From positions 5,394,001 to 5,458,000 of the forward strand of contig CM119378.1 of the NCBI GenBank assembly GCA_051294905.1: a stretch of 64,000 nucleotides of DNA, read 5' to 3'. Source of the stretch: Botryllus schlosseri. Lineage: Eukaryota. Of this stretch, positions 13,304 to 26,380 are shown piece by piece. The notes below the pieces were generated by a model. The model had not been told where the DNA came from and did no database searches. It saw only the letters and a program-made list of their open reading frames with translations. Position 1 is the stretch's first letter. Each line of letters starts with the position of its first letter. The translations under genes were made by a program, and so were the position numbers.

Positions 13304-13920
13304 TAGGGCTGTTCAAAAATAACTTTTTTTCCTGATTCCAGCCATTCACTGATTAAATTGTCAGGTTGCCACAACAAAGGCTGCACACCAAATTTGGTTC
13401 AATTCGAACGTGTCTAAACGTCCGAAGAGCCAATTAAAAATTTTAATTTACTACGTAAAATTTAAAAAAAAAAATTTCAAATTTTTCTCTCAACCCCATG
13501 AAAATGTTGAGATGTCTTCAAAGACCATGCAAATGAAATTTGAGTCAATTCCAACCTGTAGAAACGGAGTTATTTGAGTTTTTCGTTGATAATTCTCGGA
13601 TTATCCACCAATCAAGGATAATTGGAGAATTATCAACGAAAAACTCCAATAAATCCACTTCTACTAGTCCGAATTGAGTCAATTTTTTTTTGCATCGTCT
13701 CTGAAGACAGCTCAACAATTTCATGGGGTTGACAGAAAAATTTGAAAACATTTTTTTTTCAATTTTCCTGTATAAATTTAAAATTTTAATTGGATCCGCG
13801 GAGCCCTATACTTGTTAGAATTGAACCAAATTTGGTGTGCAGCGTTTTTTAAGGTAACCTGACAATTTAATCACTGAATGGCTGGAATCCGGAAAAAAAA
13901 GTTATTTTTGAACAGCCCTA
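13304..13920. mobile_element. Fold-back hAT-type MITE: 617-bp imperfect palindrome (~300-bp arms, ~9-bp loop)
   Basis: TAGGGCTGTTCAAAAATAAC...GTTATTTTTGAACAGCCCTA; the arms are complementary throughout; exact 8-bp TSD ATATGCAC (13296-13303, 13921-13928). Confidence 0.9.
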
Positions 13921-16599
13921 ATATGCACAGATCGTATGTAAGCATATCAAGAGTCGGTGTATATGCCGCGAAAACATCAAGGACAAGAATATATTCCGTC
14001 CTATTCCTATTCTTAAACATCCTGAATTATCGTTTCTAATGTAAGGTTAACAACCATAGTGTTTCATTCCGTACAGGGTTTGCTGTAATTAGGTAAAAGT
14101 TTGATTTCGATCTCTCTGTAGTAATGTGCATAAGGTCTCAACAATATAGAATTTTCAGTTGAAATCAAAGCACACGTTCCATGTATCTCCCTCCGTATCA
14201 GATAATGTCACGTAGCTCGGGTTTACAACAAATATCAATGAAACTTAGGCTTCAAAACACTGTGTGACGTTCAAAGATATTAAGACACGGCATATATAGG
14301 TATGGTCGTATGCCTTACTAAGATTATTCATCAGTCATCACTGCTCACTCAGTCATTAGCATTATGTCAGATTTGCTTTTATCCCTATACGGGAATGAAA
14401 TAATCCGCGCGTACATGCAAACAATTTGTGGTGGTACGATCGTTTAATTCTCAACCATGACAGTCTCGTACGTGAGATAAAAGCACTCGAAAATCGCCGT
14501 AAGGCGCGAGCATCTTTGTCTTCGCCGATGTCTCACGGCTTGAGATGAGATAGGAAACAATGGTTTAACATCCAATGACAAATCATATGCGTATGATGAA
14601 TGGTAGAGAACATTTGATACGCAGATGATGGCTACACAATCGAATGAATATTTTTAGCGATAATTAGAGACACCACGATATAATAGATATCCCATCGAGA
14701 CTATATTGTGTCGATAGTGAGTCAAGTAACGTTTGAAAGTGAATATGAAACAATCGCCATATCGCTCGTCACATTTTGGCTATCTAATCACCGTTTACAA
14801 GGAGTATTGCGTAAATAGAAACCTTTGATTAATTCACGACGTCATGTCGTCATGTCGCAAGGAGTCTTTTGTGTGGCATCGAAATTTCCGTTATCGCATA
14901 TCTTCTTGATGGGAGTTTGTGATAGACACAGTTCTCGCACAGGAAAAGGGTTGGAGATCGGCAATGTAATCGAAATAGTCAAATATTTACGTGGTCTCTA
15001 GCGTCTGGCTTCTCATACCGTCCATTCGACTGCATGTGGGTTGCTTTAGCCAGTTAACGTATCATATATAAGTAACTGGTTACTAATCAGCGCCTAAATT
15101 TTATTTTAAAAAATCTTCATATGAATATAGTTCAGTCCGAACCCGAAAGAATACAAATTCGCCTTCATGCATGCATCCATCCAGGTATATAGCAATAAAT
15201 TCGCATTGAATGCACTTCTTTCGCCACGAAATCAGACACACTTTGCTATTGTGTGATTTGGGCCAAAGCTCACAGCAGAGGGTCACTAAAGATTGACAAA
15301 CATAAAGCTGAACATTCCGAGCAAACTATCGAGCAAATAATTTTTGAAATTGGCAAGGCGAATGCTCGTTTAGTGGAAAGACGTTATAATGACGTGGAAA
15401 TTGTATTACATGAAAACGGTTCACACTGCAGAACCTACCAAGGTTCGTTTGTGAACGCGAACCTCCAAATTTCAAAGGTTCACACACAGAACGTGAACGT
15501 GAACCCCACGTTTACACCATCCGCAGTAAGAAGGTATGCACGTAAACACGTAGGCAAACTCTTCACTCCGCAAGTTTGCATAAGCGAAAGAAAGTTCGCT
15601 CCGCGTTAACCTGTTTCCTACTGCACCCCGGGCATTCGCCGAGTAAATCAAAGGCACGCGCATGTAAAATCTTAGTTTCGTATATTTGCATAACCTGTCA
15701 TTTGTCTCTTGAACGTGGATTTACGGTGACGTCATTCTCGAACGAAAATATTCGAAAGATGCGAGTGAAAATCTGCGATATAAGGTATGGCTATGGTCTC
15801 AAGTCATATCACGGAAGATTAGCATACCTGAACATGTAAGCGCAAATTCTTATCTGGTGCTTTGTTACGGGGCGAGAATCTTCGACTATGCTAAGAAAGC
15901 TATCAGTTCGTCGGAATTTCCGATGCGTAAACTATTGTCGTAATTATAATTGCTGTCATGTTTTCACAATCGAAAAATCGGTTTTCCTATGAGCAATAAG
16001 CATATAATTTATTGGTATATGCACTGCATCGTATGCTTCAAAGATGGCGGTTGGCGCGAGTTCCTTGCAATCTTTGCACATTTGCACAATGCGTTTGTTT
16101 ATTCGTACTATTTTACAACTGGCATGTTGTGACTTCCTCTGGTTGAATATTACCATATACCTGCCGTGTAATTTATCAGCTATAGCAAATGTACATGCGT
16201 AGCTTTGTATAGGAGATCTACCGCAATTATTTCAATACACGACGATTACAGATTGCAAATTATACAACGTGATCCTTAGAATGTACGCTGCTTCCTTGTA
16301 TGTCTGTCTCGAGCCGTCATGGATAGATGATGTAATGGCAAAGTTGCTGAGTTTTCATTATCGATGTAATAAGGTTTCATTATCGTAGTTATTTGAGTCA
16401 ATTACCAACAAATCAATGTTCATTGTTCACCTCCGCGACAAAGTGAATCCGCGGGAAAAAAGACTGGCAATACGCGCTGGGGAGCGTTGCGTGGTACAAT
16501 CTCTCGGGAGTTATTGGGAAGGTTGCCCGGCATTTCAGCATGCGACAGAATGACAAACATCAGTTGAGCATGCTACACTTGTGACGTTATAACCAGTAC

Positions 16600-16780
16600 C
16601 TATCAGTTTATAAATAATTTCATCACTTTAAAACACCACAAGACTGCGATACAATGAAATGATAGGAAGGTGTCGTAACTTTTGGACTAGTCTTTGAAAT
16701 CAGACACCCACCTGGGCCTAGGCGATTATAAATAAGAGGCATGCTCACTGGTCTGAAAAAAATAAGGGATAACATAAAAC
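16600..16780 (+). repeat. Dispersed repeat family E (~150-200 bp); other copies ~23205-23345 and ~24800-24985
   Basis: Shared ttaaaacacca.aaga.tgcgat.caatgaaa.gataggaaggtgtcg...tttgaaatca.acacccacctgggcctagg. Confidence 0.8.
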
Positions 16781-17824
16781 GACAAGTGATGAAAATGAAT
16801 GAGGCCTGTGTCGATAGGCGAGGTTGATATGTGGTATCGAGGTCCGGAAGTCTTGAAGATTGATTTGTGTTCATTCAATAGAAATTGCTTGTATACTCGA
16901 CGACTGTCCGAACACTAAAATCAACCCTTTCCCTAATCCTCCTTTACCGCGAAGACTCAAGTTGATTTCGCTGTGCAACCGAATATCATGTCAATTTACC
17001 TGTCATGAAATTACGGTCGTGATGATGATGATCAGTATCGTAATCGCGCTGAGGGGTTAATTGGACACGGTGTCTAATGTACGTGTGTTTGTGCTTGGCA
17101 TCTCCAAGCACTGTCTCTTATCGCATCTTGGAATAGCGCTCGCGAACAGCTCAAAAGAGTATACAGAAATAAATATATCAGTGTTTTCATGTTCATTCGA
17201 AGTTGGCGTACAATACTCACTTTGTTCCGACATGATTCAGTCTCAAAGCGTTCCGTGCCCGCCTGCCATTTATCTGCAACCTTGCGACACCTTGAAATAA
17301 TTGCTATTTTTAGCAGCGGAGCACTTCGATTATCTCACGACGCCAATTTTTGCGCAGATAAGACAGCGTGTTATTGCGTCTTCGTATACGCAAACTTGCG
17401 AACGCTTGGAATTCGCCTTGTATTTGTGTAATCTTGATTCACCCATCTAATCTGTTATGGGATCTTTTCATCTCTTTGATAAACGCACACGGAGAATTCG
17501 AATAAAACTCATACTAGTACCATCATCATCATCAAATTAATCTTTCATGAGTTTTCGCTAACCTTGTACATTCGAAGGGGGCGTAAGCACTTGCGCCTCA
17601 GTGGTTATAGGTGGCTGGAATTGATCTAGTGGATACTGACGCTAGATCAGTGTTTCTTAATCGGGTTAGCTCCTGTACTCCTTGGGCTTTCAGAAATATT
17701 TTCTCATACCCGTGGTCCATTGTCAGGCCGCCATGAAACCATGGTCCTGGGTCCCCAGGGGTTTCAGCACAACTTGTGATCGGCCATTTCATCAGTATAC
17801 CATTTAAGCACTCGATTCACAACA

Positions 17825-18108
17825 AACACTCTTTCCGTAACGGTACGATTAACAACTGCAACACTGGTAGGTTGCGGGCTCGAATCCGACTGAGGTCTAC
17901 TCCGGAATCTCGTCCCAGTTAGAGGCTTATCTAGGCTCCTCCTCGCCATCCAGTCCTCGTAAGCGGTGTATTAAAAAAACCTAGAAGTGGGCCGTGCTAC
18001 AAGTAGGCATCAGCTACAGAATCAAAATGAAGAATATCGGCCTGGCGTAAATGACCAATCCATAGCAGTCGAAAAACACCATGAATACCACAAAGAAACA
18101 AACGTACT
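17825..18108 (+). mobile_element. tRNA-derived SINE (family D), near full length
   Basis: B-box-like GGGCTCGAATCCG; conserved core CTAGGCTCCTCCTCGCC...GCGGTGT; tail CACCATGAATACCACAAAGAAACAAAC. Confidence 0.75.
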
Positions 18109-20029
18109 CGAGACTAATTATATAGCTTTTGAAAAAAGAAACAGAATTTTGTTCTGTTTTAAATGGCAATGTTTTAAAACACTAGTTGTTTCAAATGCGA
18201 CCCTAGCCACCATGGGGGGGGGGGGGGTTTTGACTCTCAGTTATTATATGTTTTGACTACATAAATGAAACAAATAAAGAACCACGATAGGAAACTTTAT
18301 GTGGGTATGTATCGGAGAGGGGAAGCGATGGTTCTCAATTCTCATTGATAGGTGTCGTCCGGGGCCTAAAATGTAGTTTTTCCGAATTACTTGATGTATT
18401 TGGTAATACCTTAGTGGCTTTCACACCTTATTTAAGGTCTACGTTCACAAATGAATATAACTTTATTTGTTACACTTTGTTGCAACTTTACTTGGTGATT
18501 ACAACAATCGACAGTTGCCCTTTATCCTAGAATTCGGTCAGAGGTGTATCTGAGTTGAGCGTGTGTTTGTATTTTTGGCGGCAAACAGATGTCGCGCTGA
18601 CGCTGGCACCTGTCAAATAAATAAATAAAATAACGGTACTCTTTACGAGCCTTCATGATATACCCACATTCAGGCATCGTATTAGCGAGGTCCCTAGAAG
18701 TGGGATGTTAACATACTTAGATTCACAGAGAAAGCACATCGGGACTGTGTTCTGGCGTTTCCTCAGCTACGTGACCTCCTGTCGTCCAGCAACTCTTTGT
18801 TCGCCCGTGTGTGCTCGCTTAAAATTGTTTACCACTTTGGAGGGTATAAGAGCATTACGTTTTATCGGCGTCATGCAACTGTATGTTACCGTCACTTCAC
18901 ACGTCCACAGTATGACACGTCCCCTTACACGCGAGGAGTTTGCTTGCATGTGTTGAAGGACAAATCACGAAATCCAGACCGAAATTCCGCAGATTGAAAG
19001 TGGAATATAGGGCAAATAAGAAGCGATGGTGCGGCATATGGTCACTTAAAATATATTACACCTGAGACCACACGGTAAATTGAGATTAAACCGAATCAAC
19101 CGACCTAATAATTCCCGTGACCAAGCCAACGGTCAAAATATTTTCAAATGTGCAAGCATAATCTTCATGTAAGCGCAAATAATAAGGATTTACTACGAAA
19201 TGCACACATCATCGATATAAACGGATACATTGCAAATTTTCCAAAATATCTGCTGGATTTTTAAAAATATCTATCTTTAGGAAAGCACTAAAATCACCGA
19301 TGCGATAAAATTTTTGAATTCTTACGAATGATTAATATTTACCATCAAATATTTAAAACCACATAAAATTTTACAAGTCAGACCTCAAGTCATCTGACTG
19401 GATTTACGCTCACAACTCTTTTGATATTAAGGTATCCTAAAAAGGCATGAAGTACTGTCAAGTGGTTATTGAGACCACTGACATAACCCTTGCCAAAAGT
19501 CATGGGTGTATCACGGCGTTTTAATGCCTTACGTATGCGATGTAAAATAAGCATCGTACGTAATGTTATTTTGCGCGTTTGCTGCGACCATGTTGCACCG
19601 CGGAGTAACTATTTACCGCGACTTTGCTTTTTTCACCTGTTTTATTGTATTGCCCTCTGTGTTCTGTATGCTACGAACTGATCTGACTTCGCTTGCTAAA
19701 ACGGTGCGCCAGCTGGTATGGCGTGGACGAAAACTAGCATTACGTACCGGCAATTACACGAGAGGACTTTTGTATGCGATGAAAATTTATCTCCGTGCTG
19801 ATTACTATGACGTTATATTCGCAGGTGGTATTGTCAATCTGCTGTGCGATCAAGTATTATTGCTTCTCAATCTCAATGCGACTCTTACTCAACCGCTTGT
19901 TCTTTCTTGTCGCATACTGGTCACATGACATGTGATTAGATTGGGTATGTTCTTATTGAAATCCTGCGTAGAAATCAATACTTGTTGCCGTTTTTATTCG
20001 ATGATATATGTGAGAACTAAAGTAAAACT

Positions 20030-20105
20030 ATACATATATTGTATATTATTGAAAAATATATTCAACAATTCAAGTTCTGTACATCCAAGAAGCTCTTCAA
20101 ATAGT
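20030..20105 (+). repeat. Repeat family A, 3' fragment
   Basis: aagttctgtacatccaagaagctcttcaaatagtgt. Confidence 0.7.
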
Positions 20106-20379
20106 GTATATTGATAACCGGGATTGAATTCGATTGAACACAGGTGTCGTCGCAATGTCGAAGTCCAAAATTAAGGCTGTGCAAAAACACCATTTGCCCC
20201 GACTGCGCCTAGGCATATACGTATTCAATCCGTATCACGGAAGATTACATCGCGATTTTCGGGGATCATGTGAACATTTAAAAGTCTCAAGTCGTTAGAA
20301 CTCCAGCTTCCATGTATGTTGGTTTCGACATAACGTAGTCAACAACACGTCGCCTTGACACTGTCTTGTAAAACTACGT

Positions 20380-20648
20380 ACTTTGGGTCCGCGGCTGCAA
20401 CACCAATGGATGCGGGTTCGAGTGCGACCGAGGTCGACTTCCGAATTCCGATATCTAAGTGTTGGAGGTTTACCTAGGCTCCTCCTCGCCACCTCATCCG
20501 CGTCAGCGGTGTCTTACAAAAGCCTAGAGGTGGGCCGTGCTATAAGTCGGCAGCTACGGAAAATAAGAAGAATATCGGCCTGGTGTAAATGACCTGACCA
20601 TAGTAGTCGACAAACACCATGAATACCCCAAAACAAACAAACAAACGT
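20380..20648 (+). mobile_element. SINE family D copy
   Basis: GGGTTCGAG B box, core, (CAAA)n tail. Confidence 0.8.
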
Positions 20649-20724
20649 ACTTTGGTATTTTGCTTTTACAAGTTTTTTCAACAGTAAACGTGGGATGAGT
20701 ACTAACACTTAGTTGCTGTTGTTG

Positions 20725-20958
20725 TTATAGTCATTTGGACTATAGGCAAATTGTCATCATCTTTATTCCGTAGCTGTCGACTTGTAGCATGGCCCACTTC
20801 TAGGCTTTTATAAGACACCGCTTACACGGATAATATGACGAGGAGGAGCCTAGATAAACCTCCAACACTCGGGAAGGAATCTTGGAGTCGACCTCGAACC
20901 CGCAACCCATTGGTGTCGCAGCAGTGGAACGTACCACTATACACTATTTCGCCACATA
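20725..20958 (-). mobile_element. SINE family D copy, inverted and tail-to-tail with the previous copy
   Basis: Reverse complement shows A-box-like TAGTGTATAGTGG, B box GGGTTCGAG and the core. Confidence 0.78.
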
Positions 20959-22199
20959 TTTATTTATACCCGCCACTGTTCGCGCAGGCCTGACATCGCA
21001 TGCACGTTGAATCGTTGAATTTCGTCTGACTGTCCCCCGAACCCCATCGAGTGACAAGCAAAAACTAGTTCATTCTCAAACCCGGGTAAATGGGAAGTTT
21101 TGCGCTAGGAAGGGTATCCATCGTGAAACTTCAGCCAAATCATTCTGCGTATTGCTGAGCTGAGATCCGCTGTGGCAACCCCACACGCGGGTGGAGCCAA
21201 AGGACTGTTTCTCGTATAGTATAACGGGGACTGCATGATACATTTCCAGTATTCGATTGCGACACGTACTTAAAATCTTATGGCATTATCGCTACTTAGT
21301 AGGATGACGGACGATTTTGACCACCTATAGTGGTTGGTTGAAAGGCGCGCATGTCACACTCGTAATCTTACACACATATATGCGTTGCACATGAAGTGTC
21401 TGCACAATATTTTGCCTATGTCGGCATATGCGTCAAAGCCGTCAAACTCATGATCTCGCCGCAGCCTCACCGGATTTCTTGTACCGTGCAAGGAAAGCTG
21501 GAAGCGGAGTTCAGAGATCACGTTGCGTTAATTGTGCTGAGGACGGCTCAACGTTTCGCCGACTTTGCCAAAAATCGGTACTCCACGAAATCCGCGCGTT
21601 TCCTGCTTCGCTTGTGATTATTCAATAATGTTCTTATTAATATTCACAAGCCACGACGAACCGGTCATATGCTACGGTTGGTGTATTGTTCACGTTCATT
21701 GGATCGTTAACAAGATTTTACTTAGAACTATACAAATCTGGAAACAGCGAATGTACGGCGTACGCGCTAAATACAGTCAAACACGCTCCATACGGATACC
21801 AGATAACTAGGACAGCCGCTTTATTCTGCCCAAATGCCCATGAACGGAACATAATTTTTACAATTCTGCGCTTCGGACATAAGCTCGCAATTCCTATCGT
21901 TGGGATAAGACACAATTAGCAGTATTTCGTCAGTTTTAACACAAGATGAGTGATTACGGTGAAACAAGGATGATTCATGCAATAACAATCATCACATTTA
22001 GGACGTATGGGCCCCCCGAATGGTTTTGTAGATTTAGCCTTCGGTTGTTAGTTTTCCGGAAACTATTTACTACTCGACTGAAAGCTTTTAATTCCTATTG
22101 TCTGTGGTATAATTTTATCAAGTGAAAGTATTCTACCAGCCGCTGCTGTCCTGCTTAGTAAACTGTATTTGATGAGTTAGTGTGTGCTACACACAAATA

Positions 22200-22750
22200 C
22201 AGACAGACACGGTATACAGTATTTATTGAGTCCAATATTTTACAATGCACCTAACCTGATGGCACAACTCTTCCGCGATTTATGCAATCAGTGCCAATTA
22301 CTGTAGTGTAGTACAGCTCCAATTTATTTATTCCCTTACTATTCAGTATTTTCAATGAGTCCGCCTTCGTAGCCATGATTTTCCGCTTAATCCGGCCAAA
22401 AGTGAGCGGAGCCAAAGTGTCCGAATTAATCGGTGTAGACTGTCGACTGTATATGGATGTTGCATCATTTGCCCAGTACGATATGCAATGCTTATGCCAA
22501 CCTACACTGATTTGTGTATGATCGCATCGATCAGCATGGTGCGTAATACTTGACATTGCAGTGAATAGTCTTAGGTCAGTTCGGTTTAACTTGTCTTGTC
22601 TCAAGTTTAATAAATTATTCACTGTCTAGTACGGTGCTGTCAACGCTATGTCAACTGTCCGGTGACCATATCCTGCCAATTTAATATTTATAATAACGCA
22701 AGTCACGCACCGAATCCCGATATACTCGCACGATATTCCGGGTCATAGTT
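22200..22750 (-). pseudogene. Possible heavily degraded RTE-type LINE 3' remnant
   Basis: Minus-strand fragments ILNWQDMVT and PLTFGRIKRK resemble RTE C-terminal motifs; AATAAA plus simple-repeat-like tail; many stops and frameshifts. Confidence 0.25.
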
Positions 22751-25700
22751 AGCAATTCTTCGTTTTACCAGTCCTGCTTCTTGGTATTTCTGTACGACCG
22801 CATAATGTTCTTGGTCTTTGCGTAGGCTAACTGTGCATGGCGTTCCATTTGTCGCGTTTCGGACATTCTATACGAGAAATGTTTAAACTCATTTCACATT
22901 TGACCATTATAACTACATCAAAGGACAAGGACATAATCAGGAACTTTGAATATCACTTTGACCGGTGGCTGTAATTAATACTTAAATACTGGCGGACATG
23001 GAGGTATTATGATTGATACAACATTATCGCTTCCGATTAATTATACCGGGGTCACACTGACTAAATGTATGTGATTCGGATTGCGTTCACGCGACGATCG
23101 ACATGAAATACAAGCCTTGAAATCACGTACCCTATAGTTGTGCGTGGAGATGTATGCGGTAGTTCATACTGGATGAGTTTTAAATAGTAAGTAGAGTGAG
23201 GTGAGTTGTCCCTTAAAACACCATAAGATTGCGATGCAATGAAAGGATAGGAAGGTGTCGAAACGAATTGGAGTGGTCTTTGAAATTAAACTTGGGCCTA
23301 GCTAGACGATGTAAAAGTATGCATGTACGTTTCACACTGAGTCTTACCAAGAACATGGTCAAGTAATAGTGGAACGCATCCCGCAGGAGGTAAACGGGAT
23401 GTATAACAAAAAGCGCAATCCGATGCTTTCCGGATATTTTCTCCATCGAGGAAACGCTTCGGAATTGGATTCGCGCCACCACTTGGAAAATCGAGTAATC
23501 CAGATAGGGAAGCATCGAAAATGTGGTGCCGTTAGCAGTCCGTTACTGTTGCAATATGTAAATGTACTGGCATGTTCTGTTTCCCTAACTAGCTTGTTCC
23601 ATATGCGTTGTATTTTCACAAGCCTTTCACGCTGTCTCAGCAAACCCCGCCACTCATTCTGTTGATCGCGTCATGCTCACATTTGCAATCGTATCTTGCT
23701 CACAAGTCACTTGAAAACTCACCTCTAGTAGTGCAAAGCAAACAAACAAACCAGAGAGTTGAGTAGAGTACCGTCATTCATGCCATCATCTGTTTGGATA
23801 AGGTCCAGTAATACTTGGGAAACTCGTAGTCACGATGCTACGACAAGGTTCATGTCAGTGCTGGTTGTAGTTCTGCACAATATCGAGGTTTCGCTTATCA
23901 TAAATCTGTGCATCTCCGCCATGAAATCACGCTTTCCCGGTCTTTATTTACGGCTGCTTTTTGTTCGCCGCACATTTGTTACCGAATCTTTGCGTCTGTC
24001 ACTTTTGCGTGGCAAAGAAATCGCGGTTTGTCACGGCACAGCTCGATGACACATTGGTTATGATGCCATCTGGCAAAACTACTCTTCTACTATGCGGTAA
24101 AACCTGTGTACGGGCTGCTAATTAGGTGGGTTTCGATTTCTGACTTGTTCAAAACTTCTGCACATCTCTTTTGGGGGTGGGTCGGCGGCGTTTCTTGCCT
24201 TACATCATGTTTTACAGAGATCGTGACTGCTTGTTTACGCCGGGTATAGAACTCCATTGACGTCAAACAGAGTGAGCCGTATCGCAGCGATCGTAGATCT
24301 GACGAGCTACGCAGCGGCCGAACGACGCGCTCTCGTATTGAACACAATTACTCGGTTGTAGATTTAATGTAAGTGGATCTTTCGAAAGGGGCAACGTAAC
24401 GTTTATAAATATCTAGGCTCGCGCACGACGATAGAGACGGGGTGTCTGTTAAATATTAAATCCTAGCACAAAGGAACACTGCTGGCGAACTATGCTTTCT
24501 GTAACGGACGTGGATTGTCCCAAGCGTCATCTGCAAACAAAAGTTCCCTGTCGCGTACACAGAAAAAACGGTTATCCGTTCTCCTTGCATTCGGTGAAGG
24601 TGGAAATGGCTTGAGAGCGGACGTCACAGTATTCAAGGCACCAGAGCCCTATACGATTCAGTTATACACTAACATGTAACATGATATATATCTTACGCGC
24701 CGTTTTGTTAGATTTGGTTCTCGACCGACCCAACCTAAAAAGGAGCATTCAAAATTCTCTGTTATACCCGTCCTTATGGTCGATGCACCAGAAAGGAGGT
24801 TCAGTATCAGTATAAGTTTCTTAATAATTTAATCATTCCAATACATCATAAGACTGTGATACAATGACAAGATAGTAAGGTGTTGACACGACATGTAGTA
24901 GTTTTTGAAATCAAACACCCACCTGGGCCTAGGCAATGTAAATTAGAGGCATGTGAACTGGATGGAAAGAAATACTGGATAACAGCATCTCGTGTCCATT
25001 ACGTTTTGTCGCGTCATGAGTTATGTCTGTCGGCTAACGATTGCCTTTGCAAGGGAGGATTGTAGTACGATTCTCTTTCAAACTTTGTAATTGAATTTCA
25101 TAGACTTGCTTATACATAGCTTAATTGGTTTTGTCATCCTGGTCAGGTTTCGTAATTGCACCAACCCCCTCCCCACTGTATTTACGTCATGACCAGTCAT
25201 CTGTTCCAAACAATATGACCAATCGGCAATGTCAAACAGCTCATCATCGTGAGTATTGGTAAAAGATCTAAGTGGTGACCTGCGACTTTGGGATTCTATA
25301 TCTTCGCGGAGTATTCACTAGGATGCGTCATGCTGCCCTGGGAAGTCGGGAACGCAGAGTTTCTTATAACAAAATTTACCCCAAAACTGATCATATCCAA
25401 CAGTGGCCGCATCATCCAATGTATTGGTATGACGTTTCAGGTTCCAGCTATGACTACCCTTCTGACCTCATCCGTGATTCAGCTAGTCTATTTTCACCCA
25501 TGCTGCGGTTAATCAGAGGTCTTAAATTCCTATTAATTTCCCTTGCAGAGTTAAATTCCCAGAAAGTATTGCGTTTCTTTCTCGAAATCCCGGGAGTGTT
25601 GCGTTGCAAGATGGCGGTTGAACTCGGCGGCTGATGTTAATGAATGTAAAGGTTTTTCTAAGGAAGACTATGATTACAGTTGAACCTTTCACCGCAGCAC

Positions 25701-26014
25701 TCTTTGCTTCGTAAATATTCATATCCCTGCCAACAACAACGCCATTATACATCATTGGCTTGTTACCGTGCGGTATACGTGGAAGAGTAGAGAGCGTATC
25801 TGCATTGATGTCAAACTTACCTGGTATTCTATATTCGACTTGCATAGCGCACTCTGACAGCGTGGTATAGGTCTTTCAACTCTGGTGATAGTTCTGCCGC
25901 GTGCATGTCCGCAAAAGCGTGTCTTTGAACGACAGTGGGCCGTTGTATTATAATAGCTCTTCTTTCGGGCTTATAAAGAAAACGTTGAGTTGATATTCAT
26001 TACCGCCCTTAATG

Positions 26015-26220
26015 CAGACTTGGACAACTAGATATTCTAGTTGTCTACAATTAGAGGGAAATGTCTGTAATTTAATTATAATCTAATTTGTGAAATGTTT
26101 CTGTGCTCTAATTTAGATTCTAATCTAATTTCTGGTTTTCCTGTAATTCTACAGGAAAACTGTATTGTGCGAAATGGGCCGAGCTTGCTGTACTCGTACA
26201 GACATTTGTTATTCTCGTGC
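26015..26220 (-). mobile_element. MITE family B, partial copy
   Basis: Starts CAGACTTGGACAACTAG; internal similarity to the other copies; ends where another hAT terminus begins at ~26221. Confidence 0.75.
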
Positions 26221-26380
26221 TTACGAGAATGATCTATGACAGAGGTGTCAAACATACGACCCGTGACCCGAGGAGCAATTCTGGGTGGATTGAAAAATGC
26301 TTATAATATCCAGCACATTTGTAACAACTGCTGAGATGTTTCGAAGGACACACTTCCATTAAATAATCCCTCAACAAAGC
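26221..26380 (-). mobile_element. Second, partial copy of the 43512-44349 element (right end, inverted)
   Basis: cagaggtgtcaaacatacg...gcaattctg...gcacatttgtaacaa matches the reverse complement of 44200-44349. Confidence 0.7.

Noticed and set aside
16049-16100. DGGWREFLAIFAHL resembling the rhodanese end GGFxEF
   Set aside because: Isolated short match 37 kb away, with no good donor and no companion exons; probably chance. An HMM search would settle it.
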